Source of the DNA: Kiritimatiellia bacterium
GTDB taxonomy: Bacteria > Verrucomicrobiota > Kiritimatiellia > RZYC01
Assembly (NCBI GenBank): GCA_028708815.1
Contig: JAQVYB010000001.1
Span: 13,589 to 77,588, forward strand
Length of the DNA: 64,000 nt
Direction: 5' to 3'
Shown here: positions 1 through 10,900 of the stretch, one piece after another
Layout of the letters: each line of letters begins with the position of its first letter
Position numbering within the stretch: position 1 is the stretch's first letter
Notes under the pieces: model-generated
What the model was told of the DNA's origin: nothing
Database searches by the model: none
The model's input: the letters and a program-made list of their open reading frames with translations, nothing else
Program-made: the position numbers and the translations under genes

Positions 1-122
1 CGATGCGATGGTGAGTCTGCTGGGTGATGAGCCCGTGCGGAGGCGTCTCGGGGAGGCGGCCCGTGCCGCTGTGTTGGAAAAATACACGCCTGAAGCAGTG
101 GCGGCTCAGTATCTGTCCGTCT

Positions 123-3014
123 TCAGGGGACGTCCATGAAGAGGGCGGATGTGAGCCCGGGCAGGTTCAGGGGAACGGTGCGCGGGCCTTGGACATCAAC
201 CGCCTTTTTCAGGCCGTCCATGTTGATCTCCTTGCCGTTTCCGATCATGCGCCAACGCCCGGACGGGAACGGAACGGGGATGGCGGTGGGGTCGTAGGAG
301 GCGTTCAGCAATACGATGAAACGTCGGCCCGGCAAATGCCCGTCGGCGTTGATGATGTATCCCAGTGCGGCCTTTTCGGATGGTTCAATCCATTGATAGT
401 AGTTTTCGGGCGGGCGCTCGGTAAGGCGTAACGAAGCGCCTTCCGGACTGTTGCGCAGGTGAATCAGCCCGCGGTAATAGTCCATGGCTTGTGAAGCAAG
501 GGGGCGCTTGCGCAGTTCCCAGTCCACGGCGTTGATTCGGTCGCCCATGTTGTAGGTGTTTTTCAGGCCTTCCTTGTGGCGGATGAACTCCTGCCCTTCG
601 GCAAGCATAGGGATGCCCAGGGAGGTGAAGAGAATCGTGGCGCCGATGCGGTTGGCGGCGGCATCGTCATGAGAGAGGAGTTTGCCGTTTCGGTCGGGGT
701 GACTGCACAGCTCATCGGCCAAGGTCATGTCGTCGTGACTTTCCAGATAGTTGATGGATTGCAGCGGGGTCGCGGCCCAGGAGTTCATCGAGCCGAAGAT
801 GCAGTTTTTCAGCCACTCACGGTTGTGTCTGCCCATAATGAAGTCCTTGGCGGCATAACGGAATTCATTATTCCAGGCTGACCACTCGGTGCCGGTCAGA
901 TCCTGTTTGTTTTCACCTCGCAGGCTCCACGGTTCCGAGATCAGCAGGACGTTGGGGTTGATGGCACGAGCGGCCTCCTCAATGGTGCGCATGGTGTCCA
1001 TGTCGATCAGTTCCGCCAGGTCTAGGCGGAACCCGTCCACGTGGAATTCCTGCATCCAAAAGAGAATGTTGTCCACGATCAGGCGCCGCATCATGGGGGC
1101 TTCGCTGCGGACATCGTTCCCGCACCCACTGAAATTGCTGAAGGTATAATCATCGTTGAGGCGGAAGAAATACTTGCGGTCAATCATGGAAAAGATGTTG
1201 GGCCATCCCACATGGTTATAAACGACATCCATGACCACTCCGAATCCGCGCCGATGCAGTTCGTTGACCAGGGTCTTGTATTCGAAGTACTGCGAGCCCT
1301 TGAGCGGGCGATGCGCGTAGCTGGCTTCCGGCGCAAAATAGAACACCGTGGAATAGCCCCAGTTGTGGCCGCCGGTGTCGTTGTTAAATTCGTTAAGCGG
1401 CATCAATTCGATGGTGTTAAAGCCCATGCTGCGGAGGTGTTGAAGCCCGGTGTCGGTGTCGTCGGAGGCGATGATCCCATCGTATTTTCCGCGTTGGCTG
1501 TTGGGGACGCCGGAGGAGGGGTGAAAGGTGAGATGGCGCACATGTGTTTCATAGATGACGGCATCCTGGCGGGGAATGGTTTGGTATTCCTGATCCGTCC
1601 AGCCGGAAAACCATTCGTTGGTCTCTTCGGGATCGATAACAATCGCGTTGTTTTCAGCGTGTGCGGCGGCTCGTGCGTAGGGGTCGCCGACTTGCTCGGA
1701 AAAGGAGAATCCTTCGCCTTCGCCGGAGGGGCCATCCACGTTGAAGGAATAATAAGCGCCCACATCGAGACCAACCAGGGAGATTTCCCAAACGCCGTCG
1801 GCGGGATCCTTCCAGAGACGGTAGCGTTCTTTGGGTATATGGCGTTTATAGGCTGGTTTGAAGGTTTGGTAGGCGGGCGTGTCATAGAGGCAGAGATAGA
1901 CCTCTGTGGCCCGCGGGGCGAACAGACGGTAGGTGGTGGCATTTTGTGATCGGTGCAGGATGACGCCCAGTTCTTTTTCGGATGGCGGCGCATCCAGGAT
2001 ATAGCCGGGCGTGGTCATGTGGTGAACCGGTCGTTCGGAGAGACCGTTGATGGTGACCACATAGTTTCGGGCCGGGTCAAGTGGTTCCAGCGTTTCAATG
2101 ACAACGGAGGAGGCGCCGCTGAGTGCCGGATCAATGCGCAGATTGGCATTTTTTGCGCCGTCCGGGGCAAAATTCATGGCGGTACGCGGTGGGAAAAGCC
2201 AGTCCTTTCCATTGATCACAAACTTGAATAGAAGGTCGTTTTCTCCGGGAGGCAGGCGCATGGCCTGTAGAGGAACCGAGAGTTCCCAGTTTCCGTCGCG
2301 GTTTGCATCGTGCAGGGTCCAGCGCGGACCCGGCTGGCTCTTCCATCCATTGAAATTTCCCGCCACCGTGACCTGGGCTCCGGGGGTAAGGTTCAGCCCG
2401 TATGTTTTGGCGGCCAGACGAAACGTGATGACTCCGTTTTGTGCCGTATAGCCTTCCGGGTATCCTCGTTCTTCGGGTGTGGTTAAATGCCATTTTCGCA
2501 CCACGATTTCGGGTGAGACATAAACGCTAATGGGGGCGGAGGGGGGTACCGGTTTGTTGAAAAAAACATCTATCCGATTCGTCGCGGTGACAACGCAGCG
2601 CGCGATCAGGGATGACGGCTCTTCCAGCATGGATTCCATGTTGGCATAGAGCACCCGGTTGGCGCCGGCCTCCCAGTCGCCGTTGACCACGAACTTGTAT
2701 TCATAACGACCGAAAGGAACGGCGAGCGTTCGGCTATCAAAAGTCCAGGTGCCGCTCGGCGCATGCTTCTGCATGGGAAGTTGAACGGACCACTTGTTCC
2801 AGGAGCCTGCAATCATCACGTTGGTGGCCGCTGGGTTCTGATAGAGGAGCCAAGGAGTCGGCTCGTCTTTTCCGGGCATGGCAAAGAGGCGCGGCGTGAG
2901 CACAAGCGGTGGCGCTGCATGCAGGCCGGCAAGCGGAAAGCACAGCATCCACGTCAGAATAATCACCTTTTTCAGCATAAGCAAACTCCACGAAAAAACA
3001 CGCTTACATGACAC
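123..3014 (-). CDS. Secreted glycoside hydrolase family 13 (pullulanase/alpha-amylase type) with N-terminal signal peptide and carbohydrate-binding/Ig-like N-terminal domains
   Basis: 963-aa ORF. GH13 catalytic motifs are visible (VVYNHVG, GFRLDLAELID, YLESHDD). Hydrophobic signal peptide MSCKRVFSWSLLMLKKVIILTWMLCFPLAGLHA. Confidence 0.85.
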   Translation of the reverse strand: MSCKRVFSWSLLMLKKVIILTWMLCFPLAGLHAAPPLVLTPRLFAMPGKDEPTPWLLYQNPAATNVMIAGSWNKWSVQLPMQKHAPSGTWTFDSRTLAVPFGRYEYKFVVNGDWEAGANRVLYANMESMLEEPSSLIARCVVTATNRIDVFFNKPVPPSAPISVYVSPEIVVRKWHLTTPEERGYPEGYTAQNGVITFRLAAKTYGLNLTPGAQVTVAGNFNGWKSQPGPRWTLHDANRDGNWELSVPLQAMRLPPGENDLLFKFVINGKDWLFPPRTAMNFAPDGAKNANLRIDPALSGASSVVIETLEPLDPARNYVVTINGLSERPVHHMTTPGYILDAPPSEKELGVILHRSQNATTYRLFAPRATEVYLCLYDTPAYQTFKPAYKRHIPKERYRLWKDPADGVWEISLVGLDVGAYYSFNVDGPSGEGEGFSFSEQVGDPYARAAAHAENNAIVIDPEETNEWFSGWTDQEYQTIPRQDAVIYETHVRHLTFHPSSGVPNSQRGKYDGIIASDDTDTGLQHLRSMGFNTIELMPLNEFNNDTGGHNWGYSTVFYFAPEASYAHRPLKGSQYFEYKTLVNELHRRGFGVVMDVVYNHVGWPNIFSMIDRKYFFRLNDDYTFSNFSGCGNDVRSEAPMMRRLIVDNILFWMQEFHVDGFRLDLAELIDMDTMRTIEEAARAINPNVLLISEPWSLRGENKQDLTGTEWSAWNNEFRYAAKDFIMGRHNREWLKNCIFGSMNSWAATPLQSINYLESHDDMTLADELCSHPDRNGKLLSHDDAAANRIGATILFTSLGIPMLAEGQEFIRHKEGLKNTYNMGDRINAVDWELRKRPLASQAMDYYRGLIHLRNSPEGASLRLTERPPENYYQWIEPSEKAALGYIINADGHLPGRRFIVLLNASYDPTAIPVPFPSGRWRMIGNGKEINMDGLKKAVDVQGPRTVPLNLPGLTSALFMDVP

Positions 3015-3230
3015 GGGAAAAGGCGGTTCAAGTCAAGCGCTTTAGCCTGAATTCAGGGCGTTGTCCGGCAGGTCGGTGAGCTTTGCCCGTCCGTCCTGAC
3101 GGATGCCATCCCGAGCGACGCCGATGCCGATTTTGATTTCCGGGCTCCCCTCGTTATATGATTTTAAGGTCTTCTCCGAAGGTGAGCAATTCACTTGCCT
3201 TATACCCCGATATGTCATTATCATGAGCGC

Positions 3231-4070
3231 ATGAAAACAGAAGACGTTGCAAATGTGGTGAAGCCGATGAGAAGCATTCTGACCGTTGCTGGATCCGACA
3301 GCGGTGGCGGAGCGGGCATCCAGGCGGATTTGAAAACATTTACCTCTCTGGGGTTGTTCGGTACGTCCGTTGTGACTTGCCTGACCGCACAGAACCCCGA
3401 CCGGGTTTTCGGCATTCTTCCGGTGGATCCCTTGTTTGTGGCGAAGCAGATTGAAGCGGTATGCGACAGTTTTCCCATTTTTGCCATGAAAACGGGGATG
3501 TTGTATTCGCCGGAAATTGTCCGGGTGGTGGCGGATGAGGACATCTATGAAGGCATCGCGGTGATGGTGGTGGACCCGGTTATGGCTTCCGCTTGCGGCG
3601 CGCGGCTTGAAAAGGATCATACCATCGAGGCGATTTGTCGCGAACTGCTGCCGTTGGCCCGCGTAGTGACGCCGAATATTCAGGAGGCGGAAGTGATTTG
3701 GGGGAATTCGATAAGCAGTCAGGATGATATGCGCCGGGCGGCCTGTGACATTGGTCATCGGTATGATGTGGCTTGTGTGATCAAGGGAGCGCATTTGCCC
3801 GGCGATGAGGTGGTGGATGTACTGTATGACGAGGGCGAGGAATTCATTTACTCGTCGTATCGGGTTGAGGCCAGGCAGACGCATGGTGCGGGTTGCACCT
3901 TCTCCGCCGCGTTGACCGCCTTTCTTGCACAGCGTCGGTTGCTGTGCGATGCCGTGGACTTGGCCAAGGAATATGTGGTTCGTGCACTGGAGGAAGCCCG
4001 CCCGACCAGGCCGCATACGCCACTGAATTTTGATGCCGCTGCGGCACTGATGGCATATACGAAGGAATAA
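3231..4070 (+). CDS. thiD: Hydroxymethylpyrimidine/phosphomethylpyrimidine kinase ThiD
   Basis: MKTEDVANV...[22 protein letters not shown]...[13 protein letters not shown] is the classic ThiD/PdxK ribokinase-fold N-terminus. Start chosen at internal Met 3231, not the ORF-track start 3195. Confidence 0.88.
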   Translation: MKTEDVANVVKPMRSILTVAGSDSGGGAGIQADLKTFTSLGLFGTSVVTCLTAQNPDRVFGILPVDPLFVAKQIEAVCDSFPIFAMKTGMLYSPEIVRVVADEDIYEGIAVMVVDPVMASACGARLEKDHTIEAICRELLPLARVVTPNIQEAEVIWGNSISSQDDMRRAACDIGHRYDVACVIKGAHLPGDEVVDVLYDEGEEFIYSSYRVEARQTHGAGCTFSAALTAFLAQRRLLCDAVDLAKEYVVRALEEARPTRPHTPLNFDAAAALMAYTKE

Positions 4071-4073
4071 CCG

Positions 4074-6521
4074 GTGTCACACGACGCCTCCCGCCTGATG
4101 GATGTTTCGGTGTCGGTGGGCCCGGTTCGGGTGCGTCGTCCTTTGATGGCGCTTTGTCTGGTCTTTATGCTGGGCGTCTTTGCGGGGGAGTGGATGTCGG
4201 TGGGCTTGGTGATTTCGGCTGCATCCGCTGTCTGTTTGTTCCTTTCCTTTTTTCTGCGTCGGAATGGGTGGGCGCATTTTTTTCTGTATGCCGCACTTCT
4301 GCTTTTCGGTATGTTGTGTGGTGCGGGAGGGCGGCGCGATTTCTCGCCGTGTGCGTTGGAGAATCAGATTTCGTCATCACGGACTTACCTCAGTCTGGAC
4401 GGGGTGATTATGGACGATCCCGTGTTCACTCCGGAGGAGGAAGGCGGGAGCGAGGGGAGCTGTGAGCTGAGACTTCGTTTGCATGGATTGCGTCAGCGGA
4501 TTCCCTGGCAGCAGGCCCGGGGGACTGTTCGTGTTTTTGTGCGAGGGACTTCTCCGGGATTCTTTGAGTTCGGGCAGCGTTGGACGATGGATGGATTGCT
4601 GATCCGCTCCAACTTTGAAAGTATGCGGGATGGTTTTACGTTGTATACGGATGTGGATCACAGTCGCCGGCTTTTCGTCGGTTCACATTGGAATCTCTCC
4701 ATGTATTGTTTTCGCGCCCGCCATCGGTGTGCGGAAATATTGTCGCGTGGGATCGGCGAATCCTCGCAGGCGGCTCTGCTGATTCGGGCCCTTCTGCTTG
4801 GTTATCGGAGTGACCTGCCCGTAGGGCTTCGTGATCTCTTTGCCTCGACCGGTACGTTTCATATCTTCGCTATTTCAGGGCTGCACGTGGGGATTGTTGC
4901 CGTGCTGCTGATCGGGTTACTCAAGCTGTTGGGGCTTTCCCGCGAACACTGGTTCTTCGGGCTGCTTCCGTTGCTGGTGTTGTATACGCTGGGTACCGGT
5001 GGTCGGGCCAGCGCCGTACGCGCCTGTGTGATGGCATTGATTTTCTGGGCGGCGCCAATGGTGGGTCGTCGGGCAGATAGTTTGAGTGCGTTGGCCCTGG
5101 CGGCCCTGGGTATTCTGGTGGTGGACAGCTCGCAGTTGATGCAACCCGGATTTGTGATGAGCTTTGTGGTGGTGGCGGGTCTGATTCTGATGGTTCCAAC
5201 ACTTTCAGCATTTTGGCGCCGGGTGATTCAGCCTGATCCTTTGCGACTTGAGCGCGAGACCGGTCCGGTGGCTCTGTGGCGTGACGCAGCGCGTTGGATC
5301 GGCGACTTATTTTGTGTTTCGCTGGCGGCCTGGCTGGCCTCGGCACCCATGACGGCGTATTACTTCAACCTGGTTTCTCCCGTGTCTCTTCTGGGGAATG
5401 TGCTGGTGGTCCCGGGCACCTTTCTGGTGGTGTTTACGGGCTGCCTTTCGTTGCTGAGCGGATTGATCATTCCACCCGCAGCGGAACTCTTCAATTTTGC
5501 CAATCAAGCATTTCTCGACCTGTTGCTTCTGGTTGTGCGGGGCATGCAACAGGTGCCTGGAGGGCATTATTTTGTTCAGTCGCCGCCGGGATGGATGTTG
5601 GTTGGGTGGTATGCGGGTTTGGCGGTCTTGTTTTTCGGCACGCATTTTCTTCGTCGTTTGCTCTGGGTGGTCATTACGGTATTGATTTGTCTGGGGGTCT
5701 GGTATCACCTGACTGAGCGCACGATGAGTGTGGATGTTCTGGATGTGGGACATGGTTATGCAGCCCTGGTGAATCTGCCGGGGGAGCGCGATGACATGCT
5801 GGTGGATGCGGGCTGTACCCGGAGTGCGATGCCGATTGTGCGCCATCTGCGCCGATGCGGTGTGGATCGTCTCGGGGTGTTGGTGCTTTCCTATCCGGGT
5901 TATGATGTGTTGGCGGGAGCGGAACAAATTCTATTGGCGATACCGGTTCGTGAACTCTGGTGCGTGAATCCGTCGGTGTTTTCGATGTCGTTGCGGGAAG
6001 AGCGCGATGTTCGGTTGTATGAAAGTCTGATTCGCCAGGCGCGGGAGAAAGGGGTGTTCATTCGGTATCTTTCGCGCGGGGATGGTGGCTTTTTGGCCGG
6101 GATGCAATGGGATGTATTTCATCCGCCAGACGGGGGCGAGCCCGGTTCGGTGCGGGATGCCGCCCTGGTGCTTCGGATAGCTCGGGAGGGGGGCGGGGTG
6201 CTGTTTATGGGTGGCGCACGCCGGCGCACGGAAAACGAGATGCTGCGTGGTCGTTCTTTGTTTTCGGCCCCGGTGCTGGTGGCCGGCGCACATGGTGCGG
6301 CAGGGACGTGTTCAAGGCGTTTTCTGGAACGGGTATCTCCGGATGTGGCGATATTAAGCGTAGGTCTGTATAATGTGTTTGGTGATCCGGATGTCGGGGT
6401 GCTGGATCGTCTGGCCGCACGCCGGATTCCTTTTCGCCGAACGGATGAATCCGGCGGCGTGCGCATACGCTGGACCGACGCTCGGTGCGGGCATTATGTG
6501 GTCGAAGCGCTGGACGATTAG
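4074..6521 (+). CDS. comEC: DNA internalization-related competence protein ComEC/Rec2 (polytopic membrane domain plus C-terminal metallo-beta-lactamase domain)
   Basis: 815 aa with many TM segments. Competence-domain motif FHIFAISGLHVGIV is present. C-terminal MBL-like region (LDVGHGYAALVNLPGERDDMLVDAG). Confidence 0.85.
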   Translation: MSHDASRLMDVSVSVGPVRVRRPLMALCLVFMLGVFAGEWMSVGLVISAASAVCLFLSFFLRRNGWAHFFLYAALLLFGMLCGAGGRRDFSPCALENQISSSRTYLSLDGVIMDDPVFTPEEEGGSEGSCELRLRLHGLRQRIPWQQARGTVRVFVRGTSPGFFEFGQRWTMDGLLIRSNFESMRDGFTLYTDVDHSRRLFVGSHWNLSMYCFRARHRCAEILSRGIGESSQAALLIRALLLGYRSDLPVGLRDLFASTGTFHIFAISGLHVGIVAVLLIGLLKLLGLSREHWFFGLLPLLVLYTLGTGGRASAVRACVMALIFWAAPMVGRRADSLSALALAALGILVVDSSQLMQPGFVMSFVVVAGLILMVPTLSAFWRRVIQPDPLRLERETGPVALWRDAARWIGDLFCVSLAAWLASAPMTAYYFNLVSPVSLLGNVLVVPGTFLVVFTGCLSLLSGLIIPPAAELFNFANQAFLDLLLLVVRGMQQVPGGHYFVQSPPGWMLVGWYAGLAVLFFGTHFLRRLLWVVITVLICLGVWYHLTERTMSVDVLDVGHGYAALVNLPGERDDMLVDAGCTRSAMPIVRHLRRCGVDRLGVLVLSYPGYDVLAGAEQILLAIPVRELWCVNPSVFSMSLREERDVRLYESLIRQAREKGVFIRYLSRGDGGFLAGMQWDVFHPPDGGEPGSVRDAALVLRIAREGGGVLFMGGARRRTENEMLRGRSLFSAPVLVAGAHGAAGTCSRRFLERVSPDVAILSVGLYNVFGDPDVGVLDRLAARRIPFRRTDESGGVRIRWTDARCGHYVVEALDD

Positions 6522-6597
6522 CAATCCGTTGGGTGAGAGATGCTTTTATACACGATAGCGTTACTCAACGATGATGGCTACGCTCTATTCCAAATCA

Positions 6598-7938
6598 TCA
6601 TGCCGGATTGCTTTCCACGGGCTGTCCTTCAGGGATGAAACGGAGGGGTTGGCCGGTGGCCTCGTATACGCCGATCCATTCTTCGCCCTCGGGCTCCACC
6701 TTCTTCTTGGCGGCGACAGCCAATGGAATGGGCAGGTGAACAAAGGAACCATCCCACATGCCGATCAGAATCTGAGTTTTCCCGGCCATGCCGGCATCGA
6801 CGGCCCGCCGGGCCAGTTGATCGCACAGCAGCGCGTCGCCGGTGTTGGCCGGAACACTGCGAATGATATAGCTGGGATCAATGTATTTAAGATTGACCGG
6901 CATCTTTTCTCTCTTGAAGTAAGCCTGAATCTCCTCTTTGAGAAAGATGCCCACGTCCGGATGGCGTTTGTTTCCGGAGGCATCCACCCCAAGCGAAGAT
7001 TCGGGCATCAGATTCAGGGCGGCGCCCTCGGCCACGACGACCACCGCATGACGCTTGCGTTGCAGGCGGGCTTTCAACAGCGGAAGAAAACCGCCCTCGC
7101 CCTCCAGATTGAAAGGTACTTCCGGAATCAGGGTGAAATTCACTTCCTGGCTGGCCAGTGTGGCATGGACGGCGATAAACCCAGATTCGCGGCCCATGAC
7201 CTTGACCAGGCCAATGCCGTTGGGGGCCCCTTTGGCTTCGGCGTGCGCGCAATCCAACACCGCTTTGGCCTGCTCAATGGCGGTGGAAAAGCCGAACGAA
7301 CGGGAGATATACATGATGTCGTTGTCGATGGTTTTTGGAATGCCGACGATGGCTATTTCGGCCCCGCGGCGTTCCACTTCATTGGCCAGATCGCGTGCGC
7401 CGCGCAGGGTGCCGTCGCCCCCGATGCAGATGAGAATGCGTATTCTGCGTGCCATCATAAAATCCACCATGACGCTTACATCCTCGGGGCCCCTCGAGGA
7501 GCCCAGCATGGTGCCGCCTTCCCGGTGGATGTCCTCCACCATCTCGTCTTCCATATCAATCGGCGGAAGTCCTTCGTTTGGATTCAGCCCCTGGAAGCCG
7601 TAGCGTATGCCCAGTACTTTCTTTACGCCGTATTTTCGGAACTGGCGGACCACGGAGCGTATCACGTTGTTCAATCCGGGGCAGAGGCCGCCGCAGGTAA
7701 CGACTGCTGCAGTAATCTGCTGTGGATCGAAATAGATCATTTCCCGCGAGCCGGCCTTTTCGAAAAAGATGCCTTCGTAGGGCGGGATGCCGGTGTTGAA
7801 TTCATTTTGATAGCTTATTTTTGCGTTGTCCGGGGTGAAGTTGCCCACGCCATCGCCGTGCCGGATAGACAACGGAAGCGGAGAGCGCACCGTGCAGACG
7901 CCCAGATTCTTGACGATGAATTGCTCGGGTGTGATCAT
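6598..7938 (-). CDS. pfkA: 6-phosphofructokinase, mixed/long type (ATP- or PPi-dependent PFK)
   Basis: 446 aa. Motifs GGLCPGLNNVIRSVV and ICIGGDGTLRGA are present and match PFK family motifs. Length is typical of the about 440-aa 'mixed' PFK group. Confidence 0.85.
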   Translation of the reverse strand: MITPEQFIVKNLGVCTVRSPLPLSIRHGDGVGNFTPDNAKISYQNEFNTGIPPYEGIFFEKAGSREMIYFDPQQITAAVVTCGGLCPGLNNVIRSVVRQFRKYGVKKVLGIRYGFQGLNPNEGLPPIDMEDEMVEDIHREGGTMLGSSRGPEDVSVMVDFMMARRIRILICIGGDGTLRGARDLANEVERRGAEIAIVGIPKTIDNDIMYISRSFGFSTAIEQAKAVLDCAHAEAKGAPNGIGLVKVMGRESGFIAVHATLASQEVNFTLIPEVPFNLEGEGGFLPLLKARLQRKRHAVVVVAEGAALNLMPESSLGVDASGNKRHPDVGIFLKEEIQAYFKREKMPVNLKYIDPSYIIRSVPANTGDALLCDQLARRAVDAGMAGKTQILIGMWDGSFVHLPIPLAVAAKKKVEPEGEEWIGVYEATGQPLRFIPEGQPVESNPA

Positions 7939-7942
7939 AAGG

Positions 7943-10900
7943 TTATCCCAAGGTTATTTCTATTGAGGCGACATCGCCCTGGCGTATGGCTTGGGCGGTT
8001 TGGGTATTCAGGGTTTCCCCGGAGAATTCCTTGACGACCCCGCCGCGTGTCGTAACGTTGAACCGCACCGGTTTCACGGCTTTTGCGCCAAAGGTGTCGC
8101 GCCGTTTTGGATTGCTGTACGTGATCAGTGTCCCGCCCATGAACATGAAGCTGAAGGTGTTTTTCTCAAAGGAGAGTGGCCTTTCCCGTTCTTCCTTCCA
8201 GAGCGTTTTATCCGTCGGCTTTTCAGTGAAAAGCCACGCAGGCAGTGTGGGAGCTGGTGCAAAGAGCAGGCTGCCGTCCGCGTCCTGACGGAAGGGGGTT
8301 GGCCCGACGGTCATCAGGGAGAGCATGTGGGCGAACTCGGCGGTGGAGCCGCTCAGCCTCGCGAAGAAGCCGGCGCCGTGTATCTGGCTGTCCGGATTGG
8401 CACTGCTGGCGATAAAGGAGGAATTCTCCAAAATGCTTCGTCCATAGACCGCCGGATCCTGAAAGGGGACCAGTACGTTCCGGAAGTGGGTGAAAAATTC
8501 CTTGAGGTGTCCTCCGCGCAGCAGCTCAAGCATATACTTGTATTCCATGTGCATCCAGATGGATTCGTTTTCCAGCCAGCCGCGTGCGAATGTTCGGCAG
8601 CGTCCGATTTCGAGGGCCTCGGCGCTCAGGTCGGCATTTACCTTGAACATCTTCAGTTTGCGGTCGAACAGGTCGCTTTTGCGCACCTGTTGTACGAGTG
8701 CCTGTGCCTGGGCGGAGGGGCCTTCGACCCGTAGGAAGTGAACGGGGCCTTCGAGGAAGAGCGGAAGGGCCCGGTGCCGGATCTTCTGCGGAATAAAGCA
8801 GGGCATTCCTTTTGCGTTGGTTTTGACCACCCGTTTTCCGTTCTTGTCGCGGATATGGATCAGGCTGTGTTTCAGTATTTCCGTTCGGAAATAGGTTTTG
8901 ATTACGCCGGTTTTTGAGTCCATGGCTTTGGCTACCGCTCGGTCGAGCTTGCGCTCGAAGCGTTCCAGCATGGCACCCAGTGATTTGATTTTCAGTCCGG
9001 TTTCAGCACCGTCCAGTCCCATGAGGACGGAACGGCGATAAATTTCTTTCAGCGAGGCGGAGGCATCCCAGTAGCGGAAGTCAGCTTCGGCGCTTTTGTT
9101 TTTCAGATTTTTGATGAGGAGTGCGTCGAGTCCGTTCAGAAATTCCAGCACTTCAACGGGCAGGATGACTTCATGTTCCGGTTCGAGATTCAGGCGCTGA
9201 AGAGCCTGGCGGCAGAAGCGTACAAAGCGCTTCAGTTCGAGGGTTTCGGAGATGCTGGAGCCGAACATGCCGGGCAGTCCATTGAGGGCGTCATACCAGT
9301 TGGGGCGCTCCGATTCCATTTCGATGCCGACGCCCGCCATATCCAACGAGGCCATTTTGCAGGTGATCATGGTGAGTAATTTGGCGAGCAGGTTGGTTTG
9401 GTAGACATCGCCCATGCCGTGCCGTGTCCGTACGGCGTGCTTATCTTTATTGCGGGACTGAATCATTTTTTCCTTGGCCGGATCCTGTGCGACAGCCTCG
9501 AGCTGCATCGGGAGCTCATCCCAGAGGACGTATTTATCGGCCCGCGGGCGTACGACATGGCTGTTGTCGTAGAAGGTGAATTGGCGCGTTTCGATCAGGA
9601 GTTCACGCAGTTTATCCGGGTAGACGGCCAGAAAATTGTCAATCAGGTCGAGGCTGTAGTGCCAGTGATCAGACCAGTAGCTGTGGCCATATCTGGTTTC
9701 CTCACTGCGTTCGCACAGCGGGAGGAGTTCGGCGAGAAAGGTGTCGGTCGATGTTTTCAGATTCACGCCCTCTTGTTGCAGTTTCATACAGAGGTCGCCG
9801 GGGCGGAAGGGGCTGGTTACCAGCGTTTCCAGGCGGGTGGTTTTCCCGGGCGGGACGCAGCTCTTCAGGAGAGTCGAAAGAGCTTTGCCTTTTCTGGCGG
9901 TGAAGGAAGAGGGCATGACCGTCAGTGGGTTAAAACCATCCAGTTGGTTTAGGTTAAAGAAGTGGAGAATATTGTTCATGCCCACATTCGGATTGAGGAG
10001 GACATCCATGCGGCGGTTCTGATTGATGTCGCGGTAAGCGCCGTTGCCCTGAGAGTAGGGGGTGGGGTCGATAAAGAAGGAGTTGTAGTCGCGTTCGAGG
10101 TCGCCGTGGGCCCGGGAATAGACGTGAAAGGTGGTTTTCTTTCCGGCTTTGGAGGAGAAAGTAACCGGGAGTCCGCCGCGCAGGGTGTTGTCCAAAAAGT
10201 TCTGTCGGCAGTAATAATCGAATGGGGGGGAATTGCTGCAGATGAAGTTGTATTGTGAGAGCTGCTCCACGACCCGTTTGCCGATTTCACGCTGTTCGGC
10301 AAAAAAGGAGGCCTGAGCGATTCTTGGAATCAGGCGGTTGAGCATATCGCGGTTGCTGCAGTGCCCCGCAATGGCATAGAAGGTGCCGGTTCGTCCGGGG
10401 GCTGCCGTGAGTTTTACGTGGGCGAGGGCACAGGGCAGGACGTTTTCCAGGCGCTGCGCACCGGGCTTGAACGGGCCTTTCGTCTGGAGAAAGTTTTCAG
10501 GATACGATAGGTCCTGGCGGGCGCCGAAAACACAGGCCGGGTCCACCACGGGGTTGACCAGTTTGGTCTTGCCCCGGTTTTCGGTGAACGCTGCGTAGAA
10601 GTTGCCCCGGGTGATGCGGTGTACCTGTGGGGTATCCATCTGCTTCACCTTGCCTTTGAAGAAAGGCACGTTGTTCTCCAGGTTGACGCATTCGACAAAG
10701 GATTGAACGAGATAGCGCATCTCTTTCAGGTTTTCGTTGTCCACGCCGTAGGGAACCATCAGAGCGAGGCCGTCCAATGCTTCGATCTGCACGGGGTTCT
10801 TGCCGGTATTTTCAATTTGCACGGTTCGCAGGAGGGCGGCAAAGGATTCTTCCGAGGCGGGACTGTAGGAAACTCGGAAATTCAGTCCCAGGGTGGAGTT

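Noticed and set aside
1041-1949. 302-aa plus-strand ORF inside the GH13 gene
   Set aside because: Shadow ORF opposite a gene with unambiguous GH13 catalytic motifs.
3015-3230. Possible TPP (THI-box) riboswitch upstream of thiD
   Set aside because: I could not find the conserved CUGAGA and ACCUGAUCUGGAUAAUGCCAGCG elements in the 215-bp leader.
3042-4016. 324-aa ORF on the minus strand, Arg/His-rich
   Set aside because: It lies entirely antisense to the well-supported thiD gene and has a low-complexity basic composition typical of a high-GC shadow ORF.
6571-8034. 487-aa ORF on the plus strand
   Set aside because: Antisense to the 6-phosphofructokinase gene, which has clear family motifs. No recognisable motifs of its own.
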